Positions 48,701-58,485 of a DNA stretch of 64,000 nt are shown here, in pieces. Within the stretch, counting starts at the first letter, position 1. Each line of letters begins with the position of its first letter. The position numbers and the translations under genes are program-made. Under the pieces are notes generated by a model that was given only the letters and a program-made list of their open reading frames with translations, was not told the DNA's origin and ran no database searches. The stretch comes from Pelagibacterium sp. (lineage in GTDB: Bacteria; Pseudomonadota; Alphaproteobacteria; Rhizobiales; Devosiaceae): the NCBI RefSeq assembly GCF_035555455.1, contig NZ_DATMGM010000037.1, positions 84,996 through 148,995 on the forward strand. The letters run 5' to 3'.

Positions 48701-49651
48701 GCGCTCTTTCGTTATATCACCGGCGATCTTCTTGCTCGCTTTCCCCGCATGACGTGCCAGATCGACTAAGTCCGCGAGCCCTGTCAACTTGGCAATCGCG
48801 ACACCCAGTTCAGAGCTGCTACCGATTTGGAGAAAGGGAAGAATCCCCGGCATAGAGGTGCCCAGCCGAAACGCGATAGGGTCGACACCAAGGGTCGCGA
48901 TGTCCGGCCCCTCCTCAACCAACTTTCCGTTCGTCTTACGGGTCTGCGTGCGCCGCACCGGCGGAAGCAGGTTACCGCCCACATCGGCGAAGGTTAGTTC
49001 TACCCAAGTATCCGCCGGGATCGACTTTGCCGATGCGTCGGGCGTCCAGTCGTTGGCATGCGGCAGCGGAGTAACAGGGCTGATTATATGCTTGGTCGGG
49101 TCCACATCCCGATCAATGATGCAATCAAAATCGCGATCACCGCCCTCGGGCAGCCGCTGCGGGCGCAGCAATTGCCCTGTCAAGCACCAGATTATGGCAT
49201 TCACAAGCGAAGTCTTGCCGGATCCGTTCCACCCTTCAAACATAGTGATGGGTTTCACTGGCTCGAAAACAAAATCGTCGGGTGCGCTGGTGGCGGTCCC
49301 ATAGGCATGAAGGCCGGCAAAGCGATGTGCCACGAGCTTTACCAGCTTCAGGTGTTGCACTGCTCGGCTCGAAGCCGAAACCGGGGTAGCAAGTGTGGGA
49401 GCTACGTTGGCAATAGCGTCGATGATCGCCTCGCAGTCGGTGGCCATCACGTTGCCAGCCCACTTGCGGTTGCTTCGATACCAATTGAGTACTGATCGGG
49501 CATGGTCCGTCGCGACAGCTAAAGAGTGCCCCTCGTTGGTGGAAATCGCTCGTCCCGAAATCAGGTCGGCTAGCAGGATGTCGGTGGTCAATAGGTGCAG
49601 AGGCCGGACTGTTGTCGACACCGCACCATCACTGCCCTTATTAACTCCCAT
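45707..49651 (-). CDS. Rad50/SbcC/RloC-like ABC-ATPase with zinc hook, HEPN-like domain and tandem LexA/S24-like domains (1314 aa)
   Basis: GWNGSGKTS, CAVC, SNSSALRA, LVLDDP, TTHD; NEARIFIE...RRILNTSHH; two S24-like repeats. ATG at 49651 with GGGGAGG RBS. Confidence 0.75.
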   Translation of the reverse strand: MGVNKGSDGAVSTTVRPLHLLTTDILLADLISGRAISTNEGHSLAVATDHARSVLNWYRSNRKWAGNVMATDCEAIIDAIANVAPTLATPVSASSRAVQHLKLVKLVAHRFAGLHAYGTATSAPDDFVFEPVKPITMFEGWNGSGKTSLVNAIIWCLTGQLLRPQRLPEGGDRDFDCIIDRDVDPTKHIISPVTPLPHANDWTPDASAKSIPADTWVELTFADVGGNLLPPVRRTQTRKTNGKLVEEGPDIATLGVDPIAFRLGTSMPGILPFLQIGSSSELGVAIAKLTGLADLVDLARHAGKASKKIAGDITKERKNELDRIDDGFAEHRRDLEARIEEFPAMRPADALPNAADESAAEVVIRLQIHFEKLKAEGLADAREVLGDSFDPEVASQRKDLEENIGPAIEQLRMVRTLPSIERIGKLVLDAEAIAKARDLLKTLRTEASMLSELADNPTLARRTQLYARVATWMAEQGETQEDHCAVCRHSLAGVIDPDTNMAVAEHIRQVRDDGELVAQTIAQWERRWSGTLSRDLPEALRAEMERDLPKHPGALLDTGLKEELFATDGFRGTLRALQPLAKELVEAATAALPPFEEPESEALPENMVAEVGKLPIMIARIERALAFAEWMAANPGALRSALEKVRNGGGTAAGEVVVGMQEHAASIGGSLSRLDEIVKGVAPISAAITLTDRLDASLKSRQTKLARIEACGQCAKALDEIVPIGALAQEQVEGLRRQLHDRAEYWRDQIYQNATSFAPKPLASGMSAQGVIDIQVGRGIVRAPAQHVSNSSALRAGLMAFYLAFREYVLKTSGGLTILVLDDPQDLLDYDNRQRLARAFTQLASDGAQIVTTTHDRSFARTLVQESRPADLIAHRSVHPVNISRATLETSLAVDELDRKRQLFIANPDVASYAQDYANEARIFIEARLGDLFDDPAYPAHSAPTKAPTLVPLFDRLKALVSGRSNELFRSPVLNDFCNDQAMTAGADTRRILNTSHHDKASISYADVERVDGDLKRLRAGVERVHGEFRRYRWREPLTEALPTNVVTLIPVKVPAFSIPVRQDIAAFTGHLPLGESQVAECEIFSSSWFDDKALFYIRHDTMGFAMPAGSVAIVEAEPSPARDHSLVVARRGKQAYARRLLRPRNGEGFSLAAEATDPRKSRPTLAFEDHGIDVHRVVGLLLSHLPPPHGREEAIEIESDPILAKVEVAYRVREESAVPLALPGQTILGGKVLTAGELSALEGQVVALTLDDGTSILKRVGSQVTSAFPYLRQFETIGGLGESVVIATESIEGAPNMPIMAYARPIIGVIYDH

Positions 49652-49707
49652 CTCACCTCCCCCTAGCTCAGCGCTTACCAGATTTTCGCAGCGATACTGA
49701 CCTTTGT

Positions 49708-49959
49708 ATAGACTACGACAGTGAACGTGCCACCTCCTCTTGGAAAATCGGCGATGCAGTCTTAGCGCTGATCTTCCTCTCACGCGATCATGACGGCCGA
49801 TCGTGAAAAAGTTTTGATTGGGAAGCGATGAACAGGCTTCATGAGAAGGGGTTCATCAGCAATCCAGTCGGCGAAGCAAAATCCGTAGTCTTGACCATCG
49901 AAGGCGTCAGGCAGCCAGAAAAGCTGTTCCGCGCGATTTTTCAGGCCCACGAACAGTGA
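49708..49959 (+). pseudogene. DUF6429-like gene with a premature stop
   Basis: Frame reads IDYDSE..KIGDAVLALIFL..HDGRS*KSFDWEAMNRLHEKGFISNPVGEAKSVVLT; TGA at 49804-49806 where Trp is expected; no ATG start. Confidence 0.7.
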
Positions 49960-49974
49960 TGATCTGTAAAGACG

Positions 49975-51096
49975 CTAAAGAAGCCGCAGGCTGAGCTGTC
50001 GATCATTTTGCTCAGCGCTGCTCTGCATCAGTGATGACAATGTGACGCCCAGCAGGCGGATACCTTTCACTGTCGGGAACAGCGGGGTGAGGAGCTGAGA
50101 GGCTACGCTCTCAAGATCCTTGTCGTTTCGGATGGGTATTTCAGCGGTCCGGCTGCGCGTGATCTGCTGGAAATCAGCATATTTCACCTTCAACGTCACC
50201 GTCCGCCCGGTCAACCCCTTGGCCTCACAGCTTCGCCAGACCTTCGCTGACAGTGCGGCGATCTCCGCCTTGGCCTGGTCGAGCATGAAGATGTCCGCGT
50301 CGAACGTGTCCTCGGCGCCAATCGATTTTCTTTCGCGATTCGGCTCCACCGGCCGATTATCGATGCCTCGCGAGACACGATAGTACCAGCCGCCGGATTT
50401 CCCGAAATGCTCCCGCAGGAATTCCGGCGATTTCTCCCTGAGATCAGCGCCGGTCACAATGCCAAGGCGCTCCATCTTCGCTGCCGTGGCAGGGCCGACC
50501 CCGTGGAATTTCTTGACCGGCAGCTCGGCCACGAACTGCGGGCCGCGCGCCGGAGTGATGACGGCCTGGCCGTTGGGCTTGTTCAGGTCGCTCGCCATCT
50601 TGGCGAGAAACTTGCAATAGCTGATCCCGGCTGATGCATTGAGGCCCGTCACCTCCTTGATCCTGTTGCGGATTATCTGAGCGATCTCGGTTGCGGCAGG
50701 GATGCCCTGCTTGTTCTCGGTGACATCGAGATAGGCTTCATCCAGCGACAGGGGCTCGATCAGGTCGGTGTGCTCAGCGAAGATCTCACGGATTTGCGCC
50801 GAGACGGCGCGGTAGACTTCGAAGCGGGGCTTCACGAAAACCAGATCGGGGCAACGCCGCTTCGCCGTGACCGACGGCATCGCCGATCGCACACCATATT
50901 CGCGCGCTTCATAACTTGCTGCGGCCACCACGCCGCGCGCGGCTGAACCGCCGACCGCGACCGGCTTGCCGCGCAGCTCGGGATTGTCGCGCTGTTCGAC
51001 CGAGGCATAGAAGGCATCCATATCGACATGGATGATCTTGCGGACCATGCCCTCCCGATCATCCCTCTCCTCGATCTGTTCTGCGTGCCCCGACAT
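49975..51096 (-). CDS. dinB: DNA polymerase IV
   Basis: IIHVDMDAFYASVEQ, AASYEAR.YGVRSAM, SLDEAYLD, KMASDLNKPNG, RLLGV. Confidence 0.95.
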   Translation of the reverse strand: MSGHAEQIEERDDREGMVRKIIHVDMDAFYASVEQRDNPELRGKPVAVGGSAARGVVAAASYEAREYGVRSAMPSVTAKRRCPDLVFVKPRFEVYRAVSAQIREIFAEHTDLIEPLSLDEAYLDVTENKQGIPAATEIAQIIRNRIKEVTGLNASAGISYCKFLAKMASDLNKPNGQAVITPARGPQFVAELPVKKFHGVGPATAAKMERLGIVTGADLREKSPEFLREHFGKSGGWYYRVSRGIDNRPVEPNRERKSIGAEDTFDADIFMLDQAKAEIAALSAKVWRSCEAKGLTGRTVTLKVKYADFQQITRSRTAEIPIRNDKDLESVASQLLTPLFPTVKGIRLLGVTLSSLMQSSAEQNDRQLSLRLL

Positions 51097-51105
51097 GGAA
51101 AATGC

Positions 51106-51774
51106 TCAGCCAGCCTCAGGAGTGGGCTTTTCGATGAGCTCAAGCAGGTCGTCATCGAGCGGGCGTTGCAGCGTCTTTGCCTCATGCCAGTCTGCCCCCA
51201 GCCAGGTCTCGACGTCCTCCCGGCTGGTCAGGATCACAGGCATGGCTTTGGGGTGGATCGGCTTCACGATGTTGTTCGGCTCGGTGGTGAGAAAGGCGAA
51301 CAGTTCATGCTGGCCGGGACGCGGGGTCCGGTTCGATCCGCGAACGCCTTCCCAACGCGTCCAGATGCCGGCGAAGAAGAACAGCGGCTGGCTGTCGTCC
51401 AGAGCGAACCAGTAAAGCGGTTTGCGCCTCGTCACGGGGTCAGGCGTCTGTCCGTATTCCGAGAAGGCCGTGGCCGGGACCACGCATCGGTTTTCGATTC
51501 CAAGCCATTGCTGCCAATGTCTTATCCACGTCTTGCGGACATTGGTGACGCCTGTGTCGGGCGCCTCGGGTGACTTCAGGTGTTCGGCCGGTGTCGGCAT
51601 GCCCCAGGTCAGGGAGGCCAGTTCTCTGTTGCCGTCGATGTTGCGAACAACCGGCGCCGGACGATCAGGATAAACATCCAGCGACGGTTCAAGATTGCCG
51701 AGGCTGTCATGGGTTGCTGCCACGAAATCCCGGATCGCCTGCTGGTTCGTCGTCAGATTGTAGAGATTACACAA
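51106..51774 (-). CDS. SOS response-associated peptidase (SRAP/HMCES/YedK family)
   Basis: TTG start at 51774 behind GGAGGA gives the required Met-Cys-Asn N-terminus; RCVVPATAFSEY, TTEPN..V.PIHPKAMP. Confidence 0.9.
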   Translation of the reverse strand: MCNLYNLTTNQQAIRDFVAATHDSLGNLEPSLDVYPDRPAPVVRNIDGNRELASLTWGMPTPAEHLKSPEAPDTGVTNVRKTWIRHWQQWLGIENRCVVPATAFSEYGQTPDPVTRRKPLYWFALDDSQPLFFFAGIWTRWEGVRGSNRTPRPGQHELFAFLTTEPNNIVKPIHPKAMPVILTSREDVETWLGADWHEAKTLQRPLDDDLLELIEKPTPEAG

Positions 51775-51873
51775 GCCCGATCCTCCGGTTTTACTCTGCT
51801 CCCATAATAAAGACCTCGAACGGGCCTGTCGTTCACATCTCGCCGGACTCAGATTGACTCCTGGCGAAAATGA

Positions 51874-51888
51874 GAACAAATAAGGAAC
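51874..51888 (+). promoter_or_regulatory. Alphaproteobacterial LexA box GAAC-N7-GAAC
   Basis: GAACAAATAAGGAAC between the divergent SRAP-dinB and imuA-imuB-dnaE2 units; TTGACT at 51854. Confidence 0.85.
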
Positions 51889-51935
51889 ATAACAGCGAGA
51901 ATCCACAGTGACAACCCTCGGAGCACCAAACGCGC

Positions 51936-52697
51936 ATGACTACGCGCCCCCTCAATCCAGCCATTCTGGCGCTGCGTGAACGTATCACGCAGTTGGAGGG
52001 AGATGGTGCGCGCACGCGGGAGGTTCTGCCCTTCGGCGTGCCGGTTCTGGATCGGAGGTTGCCGGGTGGCGGACTGGCGCTTGGCTGCCTGCATGAGGTG
52101 GCGGGCGGCGGGAATGGCGCTGTCGACGGTGCGGCAGCCGCCTGTTTCGTGGCCGGGATAGCCGCTAGAACACCTGGCAAGGTTCTGTGGTGTGTCGCGC
52201 AGCAGGATCTGTTCGCGCCGGGACTGGAACAGGCTGGCCTCGCCCCTGATCGCGTCATCCATGTCGAGGCCGGGGACGACAAGTCGGTTCTTGCCTGCAT
52301 GGAGGAAGGGTTGCGGCATGGCGGACTCGGCGCGGTGGTCGCCGATGTCGCCCGCCTGCCTATGACCGCTTCGCGGCGGCTGCATCTGGCCGCGAAGGAG
52401 AGCGGGACCATAGGCATCGCCCTGCGGCGCTGGCGACGGCAAGCCGAGGCTAGCGATTTTGGGCAGCCGACGGCGGCGATGACGCGGTGGCGGGTGTCAG
52501 TGCTTCCGTCGCAACCCTTGCCGGTTCCGGGCGTCGGACGCGCGCGCTGGCTCATCGAGCTGATCCGCGCCCGTGCGGGGGAATCCCTCGATATTGAACT
52601 GGAGGCGTGCGATGGCTCGGGTCATCTCGGTCTTCCTGCCGACATGGCCGACAGACCGGCTGCGGCGGAAGACTGGCGACACAGCGCTGCCGGTTGA
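51936..52697 (+). CDS. imuA: ImuA
   Basis: LPFG...LDRRLPGGGLALGCLHE, EEGLRHGGL, SRRLHLAA, RARW.IELIRAR. Confidence 0.9.
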   Translation: MTTRPLNPAILALRERITQLEGDGARTREVLPFGVPVLDRRLPGGGLALGCLHEVAGGGNGAVDGAAAACFVAGIAARTPGKVLWCVAQQDLFAPGLEQAGLAPDRVIHVEAGDDKSVLACMEEGLRHGGLGAVVADVARLPMTASRRLHLAAKESGTIGIALRRWRRQAEASDFGQPTAAMTRWRVSVLPSQPLPVPGVGRARWLIELIRARAGESLDIELEACDGSGHLGLPADMADRPAAAEDWRHSAAG

Positions 52698-54135
52698 AGC
52701 GCCTCTGGTCCTCGTCGGGCGAGACCGGAACCGGCGCATCGTCACTGCGGCAGATGCGGCGGCAAAAACGCTCGGACTGCGGGTCGGGATGCCTGTCACC
52801 AAGGCGCAGGCGCTGGTGCCGGGGCTGGCCATCGAACCCGCCGACCCCAAGGCCGATGCGGAAGGCCTGGAGCGTCTCGCCCTCTGGGTATTGCAGCGCT
52901 TCAGCCCCATCGTTGCTGTCGATCTACCGGACGGCATCGTCATTGAGTCCACCGGCGCCGACCATTTACACGGCGGCGAGGCTGCCATGCTGGATGCGCT
53001 TATCGGTCGGCTGACCCTTTCGGGTGTTGCTGCCCGCGCCGCCATGGCCGACACTTGGGGCGCCGCCCATGCGCTCGCCCGATACCGGGCCGATCCGATC
53101 CTGATCTCCGAGCCGGGAAAGGCAGAGGCCATGTTGGCGCCTTTGCCGCTGGAGGCGCTTCGCCTGCCGCCTTCCATCCCGGCTGGGCTGCGCGATCTGG
53201 GTTTCAACTCCATAGGTGATCTGATCGGTCAGCCCCGCGCGCCGCTCACCCGCAGGTTCGGTCCGGAACTCGGACGCAGGCTCGACCAGGCGCTTGGGCT
53301 GGCCGCAGAGCCGATCACGCCCGTCCGTCCCGAAGACATGATCGAAGCGAGGCGCAGTTTTGCCGAGCCGATCGGTGCGGCCGAGACCATCGCGCGCTAT
53401 ATCGGCAAGCTAGTTGTCTCCCTCTGCGCTAGTCTGGAAGAACGCGGCCTGGGCGCGCGCAGGCTCGATCTGCTGTGCCATCGCATCGACAACCGCATCG
53501 AGACGGTCCGCATCGGGCTGGCCCGGCCGGTTCGCGATCCGAAACGGCTGACCCGGCTGCTTTGCGACAAGATCGAAACCATCGATCCCGGCCTCGGCAT
53601 TGAGATCATGTCGCTTGCGGCCACCATCACCGAGCCTCTGGAGGCGCGGCAGGCGGTCACTTCGCTGATCGATACGCCGGAATCTGATCTTTCGGGCCTG
53701 ATCGACACGCTGGCCAACCGGGTCGGAGCGCGAGCGATCTATCGCTTTGCCCCCGTCGCCAGCGATGTGCCGGAACGATCTGTCCGCCGCATCCCGGCCT
53801 TGGCCGAGGAGACAGGCGCAAGCTGGCCGGATCACTGGCCGCGTCCGTCGCGGCTCTTGATGCGGCCAGAGCCAATCGAGACCATGGCGCTTCTGCCCGA
53901 CCATCCGCCGAACTGGTTCTCCTGGCGCGGTGTGCGTCGGCGGGTGCGCCGGGCCGACGGCCCCGAGCGGGTGTTCGGCGAATGGTGGAAGCGCGACGCC
54001 GAACTGGTTGCGGTGCGCGATTATTTCCGCATCGAGGATGACGCCGGCGAGCGTTTCTGGATCTTCCGCGCCGGCGATGGCGAGGATGCTGCCACCGGCT
54101 CGCATCGCTGGTTCCTGCATGGAATCTTCGGATGA
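52612..54135 (+). CDS. imuB: ImuB, inactive Y-family polymerase
   Basis: [34 protein letters not shown]; start MARVISV. Confidence 0.9.
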   Translation: MARVISVFLPTWPTDRLRRKTGDTALPVEAPLVLVGRDRNRRIVTAADAAAKTLGLRVGMPVTKAQALVPGLAIEPADPKADAEGLERLALWVLQRFSPIVAVDLPDGIVIESTGADHLHGGEAAMLDALIGRLTLSGVAARAAMADTWGAAHALARYRADPILISEPGKAEAMLAPLPLEALRLPPSIPAGLRDLGFNSIGDLIGQPRAPLTRRFGPELGRRLDQALGLAAEPITPVRPEDMIEARRSFAEPIGAAETIARYIGKLVVSLCASLEERGLGARRLDLLCHRIDNRIETVRIGLARPVRDPKRLTRLLCDKIETIDPGLGIEIMSLAATITEPLEARQAVTSLIDTPESDLSGLIDTLANRVGARAIYRFAPVASDVPERSVRRIPALAEETGASWPDHWPRPSRLLMRPEPIETMALLPDHPPNWFSWRGVRRRVRRADGPERVFGEWWKRDAELVAVRDYFRIEDDAGERFWIFRAGDGEDAATGSHRWFLHGIFG

Positions 54136-57100
54136 CGGACGCTCCGAACAATGGCCCGCGCTATGCCGAATTGCAGGTGACGTCGCAATTCTCCTTCCTC
54201 CGCGGTGCTTCCTCGGCCGAGGAGTTGTTCGCAACCGCCGCCCTCATGGGGATCGAGGCACTCGCTGTCGTGGACCGCAACTCCGTCGCAGGGATCGTCC
54301 GTGCGCATGAGGCGGCGAAGGCCACCGGAGTCCGGCTGATCGTCGGCTGTCGCCTTGATCTGGCCTGCGGCATGTCGGTGCTGGTCTATCCCACCGACCG
54401 CGCGGCCTGGTCGCGGCTGTGCCGTCTGATGACGCTCGGCAAGGGACGGGCCGGTAAAGGGGGATGCCATCTCGAATGGGCTGATCTCGTCGCCTATGGC
54501 GAGGGTCTGATCGCGGTACTGGTACCGGACCTCGCCGATGAGGACTGTGCCCTGCGCCTGCGCCGCCTGCGCGAGGCGTTCGGGGACCGCGCCTATCTGG
54601 CGCTGACACTGCGACGCCGCCCCAATGACCAGATGCGGCTGTGGGAACTGTCACAACTGGCGCAGCAGGCGCGGGTGCCGACCGTCGTGACCAATGACGT
54701 GCTGTTCCACGAGCCCGGTCGCCGCATGTTGCAGGATGTGGTGACGGCCATCCGCCACAGCACGACAATAGACGCCCTCGGTCTTCGGCGGGAGCCCCAT
54801 GCCGACCGCTATCTCAAGCCGCCCGCCGAGATGTACCGCCTGTTCGCCCGCTGGCCCGAGGCTTTGGCGCGAACGCTGGAGATCGCGCGGCGCTGCACCT
54901 TCAGTCTTGACGAACTCCGCTACCAATATCCCGAGGAACGGGCCGATCCGACCCTGACCCCGCAGCAAACGCTGGAGCGCCTGACCTGGGAGGGCGCGGC
55001 AACCCGATATCCCGAAGGCGTTCCGGATGAGGTGACGGCGGCCCTGCGCCATGAGCTGACCCTGATCGGCAAGCTCGAATATGCTCCCTATTTTCTGACC
55101 GTGAACAGCATTGTCCGCTTCGCGCGTTCGAAGGGCATCCTCTGCCAGGGGCGTGGCTCGGCGGCGAACTCCGCCGTCTGTTATGTTCTGGGCATCACCG
55201 CCATTGATCCCGGCCGCAACGATCTCCTGTTCGAGCGCTTCGTTTCCGAAGAACGTCGCGAGCCACCCGACATCGACGTGGATTTCGAGCACGAGCGACG
55301 CGAAGAGGTCATCCAGTGGGTCTATAATCATTATGGCCGAGAGCATGCCGCGCTGACCGCCACCGTCATCCGCTATCGCTCCAAGGGAGCGCTGCGTGAT
55401 GTCGGCAAGGCCATGGGCCTGCCCGAGGATCTGATCCAGTCCCTGTCCGGCCAGCTCTGGGCCTGGTCGGAAACCGGCGTCTCGGATCAGCAGATCCGTG
55501 AGCTGAACCTCAACCCCGAAGATCGACGCCTGCGTCTGACCCTGGAACTGGCTGCCCAGCTCCGCGGTGCGCCGCGCCATCTGTCGCAGCATCCCGGCGG
55601 TTTCGTCCTGACCCACGACCGGCTCGATGATCTTGTGCCGATCGAACCTGCCGCCATGGCGGATCGCCAGATCATCGAATGGGATAAGGACGATATCGAC
55701 GCCCTGTGTTTCATGAAGGTGGATGTGCTGGCGCTCGGCATGCTGACCTGTATGCGCAAGGGGCTCGACCTGATTGCGGAGCACAAGGGGATCGAACTCG
55801 ATCTGGCGACGATCCCGGCCGAAGACCCACGCACCTATGCCATGATCCGCAAGGCGGACACGCTCGGCACATTCCAGATCGAGTCTCGCGCGCAGATGTC
55901 GATGCTGCCTCGCCTGAAACCACGCACCTATTACGACCTCGTGGTGCAAGTCGCCATCGTCCGGCCCGGACCAATCCAGGGTGACATGGTTCATCCCTAT
56001 CTCCGCCGCCGCGAAGGGCTGGAAGAGGTTCATTACCCAACGCCGGAGCTGGAGAAGGTGCTGGGAAAAACGTTGGGCGTGCCCTTGTTTCAGGAACAGG
56101 CCATGCGCGTGGCCATCGAATGCGCGGGCTTCACCCCCGGCGAAGCCGACCTGCTGCGCAAGAGCATGGCGACCTTCAAGTTCACCGGCGGGGTCTCGAA
56201 GTTCCGCGACAAGCTGATCGAGGGCATGGTGGCCAATGGCTATGAACAAGAGTTTGCCGAACGCACCTTCCGGCAGTTGGAGGGCTTCGGCTCCTACGGT
56301 TTCCCCGAGAGCCATGCCGCATCCTTCGCACTCGTGGCCTATGCGTCGGCTTGGTTGAAATGCTGGCACCCCGATGCCTTCTGCGCCGCGCTTTTGAACT
56401 CTCAGCCCATGGGCTTCTATGCCCCGGCGCAGATTGTTCGCGATGCGCGCGATCATGGCGTCGAGGTGCGTCCGGTCTGCGTTAATGCCTCCCGCTGGGA
56501 CTGCACGCTGGAGCCGGCCGGCGACGAAACTCGCTTCGCGGTGCGCCTTGGTCTGCGCATGGTCAAGGGGCTGGCCAATGCCCATGCCGGCGCCATTGCC
56601 GCCGCACGGGCCGATCAGCCCTTCACATCGGTTGACGACCTTTGGCGCCGTTGCGGCGTTCCGGTCGCGGCATTGACGAGAATCGCCGAAGCCGATGGTT
56701 TTCGTCCGGCCTTTGGCCTCGCCCGTCGGGAGGCGCTTTGGGCCATCAAGGGCCTGCGCGATGAAGAACTGCCGCTCTTCGCCGCCGCCTCAGCGCGGGC
56801 GGGCGCGACCATTGCGGAGGTCAAAGAGCCTGCGATCAGCTTGCGCGCCATGGCTGCCGGGCGCGAGGTGGTCGAGGACTACAGCCATACCGGCCTGTCG
56901 CTGCGCCGCCATCCGGTTTCCTTCCTGCGTGCTGATCTCGCGAGACGTCGGATCGTCTCCTGTGCCGAGGCCATGGGGTCACGCGATGGGCGATGGCTGG
57001 AAGCGGCCGGGATCGTTCTCGTTCGCCAGCGTCCCGGCTCGGCCAAAGGGGTGATGTTCGTAACCGTGGAAGATGAAACCGGCATCGCCAATCTCGTCGT

Positions 57101-57419
57101 CTGGACCAAGGTGTTTGAGAAGTTCCGCCGTATCATCCTGTCCTCGGGCATGATCGCCGTGAAGGGCCGTATCCAGCGCGAGGGCGAGGTTGTGCATCTC
57201 GTCGCGCATAGGATCACCGATCTGTCACGGGAACTGGCGAGCATCGGGCAGCGGGACGCCGCCTTTCCGCTGCCGCATGGTCGTGGCGATGAATTCCACC
57301 ACGGATCGTCCTCGCCAGATCCCCGCGGTCAGCCACCCAAGGTGTCGAGAACGCGCGATATGTATGTGCGCGACCTGCATATCGACGCCATCAGGGTCAG
57401 AACGCGGGATTTTAAGTGA
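54132..57419 (+). CDS. dnaE2: Error-prone DNA polymerase DnaE2/ImuC
   Basis: [46 protein letters not shown]-terminal OB fold and SRDF-like tail (TRDFK). Confidence 0.95.
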   Translation: MTDAPNNGPRYAELQVTSQFSFLRGASSAEELFATAALMGIEALAVVDRNSVAGIVRAHEAAKATGVRLIVGCRLDLACGMSVLVYPTDRAAWSRLCRLMTLGKGRAGKGGCHLEWADLVAYGEGLIAVLVPDLADEDCALRLRRLREAFGDRAYLALTLRRRPNDQMRLWELSQLAQQARVPTVVTNDVLFHEPGRRMLQDVVTAIRHSTTIDALGLRREPHADRYLKPPAEMYRLFARWPEALARTLEIARRCTFSLDELRYQYPEERADPTLTPQQTLERLTWEGAATRYPEGVPDEVTAALRHELTLIGKLEYAPYFLTVNSIVRFARSKGILCQGRGSAANSAVCYVLGITAIDPGRNDLLFERFVSEERREPPDIDVDFEHERREEVIQWVYNHYGREHAALTATVIRYRSKGALRDVGKAMGLPEDLIQSLSGQLWAWSETGVSDQQIRELNLNPEDRRLRLTLELAAQLRGAPRHLSQHPGGFVLTHDRLDDLVPIEPAAMADRQIIEWDKDDIDALCFMKVDVLALGMLTCMRKGLDLIAEHKGIELDLATIPAEDPRTYAMIRKADTLGTFQIESRAQMSMLPRLKPRTYYDLVVQVAIVRPGPIQGDMVHPYLRRREGLEEVHYPTPELEKVLGKTLGVPLFQEQAMRVAIECAGFTPGEADLLRKSMATFKFTGGVSKFRDKLIEGMVANGYEQEFAERTFRQLEGFGSYGFPESHAASFALVAYASAWLKCWHPDAFCAALLNSQPMGFYAPAQIVRDARDHGVEVRPVCVNASRWDCTLEPAGDETRFAVRLGLRMVKGLANAHAGAIAAARADQPFTSVDDLWRRCGVPVAALTRIAEADGFRPAFGLARREALWAIKGLRDEELPLFAAASARAGATIAEVKEPAISLRAMAAGREVVEDYSHTGLSLRRHPVSFLRADLARRRIVSCAEAMGSRDGRWLEAAGIVLVRQRPGSAKGVMFVTVEDETGIANLVVWTKVFEKFRRIILSSGMIAVKGRIQREGEVVHLVAHRITDLSRELASIGQRDAAFPLPHGRGDEFHHGSSSPDPRGQPPKVSRTRDMYVRDLHIDAIRVRTRDFK

Positions 57420-57544
57420 AATCGGGACTGCCGGGATAATCAGATCAGCGGCGGCGCACCAAGCTTGACCGCATACGGTCACTAAATCATCGCCGTTGCT
57501 TCCGCCGACTCTATTCAAAGGCTTGGGGACGCCGCCCCCGAGCG

Positions 57545-57725
57545 CGGCGCAAGGGATCGCTGACGCTCGACCGGGACGGTTTCCCCGGCCTTCCTCCACT
57601 TCGTTCCTCCGTTACGTGCAGGCCGGGTGATCCCCCTCCATCCCGATCGCTCTTGCACCTTTCACCCCCCGGTCTCGCCGACGGGCAAGGGTTCAGGAGC
57701 GCGCGCTTCGCGGCTCTGAACCCAA
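57545..57725 (+). promoter_or_regulatory. Structured leader upstream of the orphan methylase (possible ssDNA promoter/ssi-like)
   Basis: Stems cccggcct(57584)/aggccggg(57620), gggttcag(57689)/ctgaaccc(57716), gcaag/cttgc. Function is inference. Confidence 0.4.
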
Positions 57726-57743
57726 ACCGGAAGGATTAGAGAT

Positions 57744-58415
57744 ATGACCAACACAGCCAACACCCCCAGCAATGTCATTTTCAATGGCGATTGCATCGAC
57801 GTGATGCGGTCCTTTGACCGCGCATCGGTGGATTTCATCCTGACCGACCCGCCCTATGTGACGAACTTCCGCGACCGGCAGGGCCGCACTATTGCCAACG
57901 ACGATAACGGCCGCTGGCTTCGCCCGGCGTTCACTCAGATGCACCGCGTTTTGAAGGACGGCGGCTTTTGCGTCAGCTTTTATGGGTGGAACAAAGTCGA
58001 TCTTTTCATGGACGCATGGAAGGCGGCAGGCTTCCGAGTTGTCGGGCATCTTGTTTTCCGCAAGCGTTATGCGTCATCAACGCGCTTCCTTCGCTATCAG
58101 CACGAACAGGCTTATTTGCTGGCAAAGGGTAATCCGACTTTGCCCGCCCAGCCTATCCCTGACGTGCTGGACTTTCCTTATACCGGCAACCGGCTGCATC
58201 CGACGCAGAAACCCGTCGAAGCCTTGACGCCGCTTATCGAGGCGTTCACGAAGCCCGGCGATTTAGTGCTGGACCCGTTCAGCGGCAGCGGTTCGACCCT
58301 GGCGGCCGCGCAGCAGACTGGGCGTAACTGGACCGGCATCGAATTGGACAACGCCCACTATCACACCGCCAGAAAGCGCCTTGCGGAGCTGCAACACCAC
58401 CGGGTGGCCGCATAG
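57744..58415 (+). CDS. Orphan N4-C/N6-A DNA methyltransferase (beta class)
   Basis: DPPY, HPTQKP, VLDPFSGSGST, GIE; no cognate endonuclease adjacent. Confidence 0.92.
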   Translation: MTNTANTPSNVIFNGDCIDVMRSFDRASVDFILTDPPYVTNFRDRQGRTIANDDNGRWLRPAFTQMHRVLKDGGFCVSFYGWNKVDLFMDAWKAAGFRVVGHLVFRKRYASSTRFLRYQHEQAYLLAKGNPTLPAQPIPDVLDFPYTGNRLHPTQKPVEALTPLIEAFTKPGDLVLDPFSGSGSTLAAAQQTGRNWTGIELDNAHYHTARKRLAELQHHRVAA

Positions 58416-58485
58416 CCCCTTTGCACCGGCGCTCGTCGATGGGGCGGGCGCCATCATGCCACCATTTTACGAAAAGGACCTCACA

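Noticed and set aside
51775-51906. N-terminal 44 aa of the SRAP ORF in the track
   Set aside because: SRAP needs Cys at position 2; the TTG at 51774 with a GGAGGA RBS provides it, and the extension covers the promoter and LexA box.
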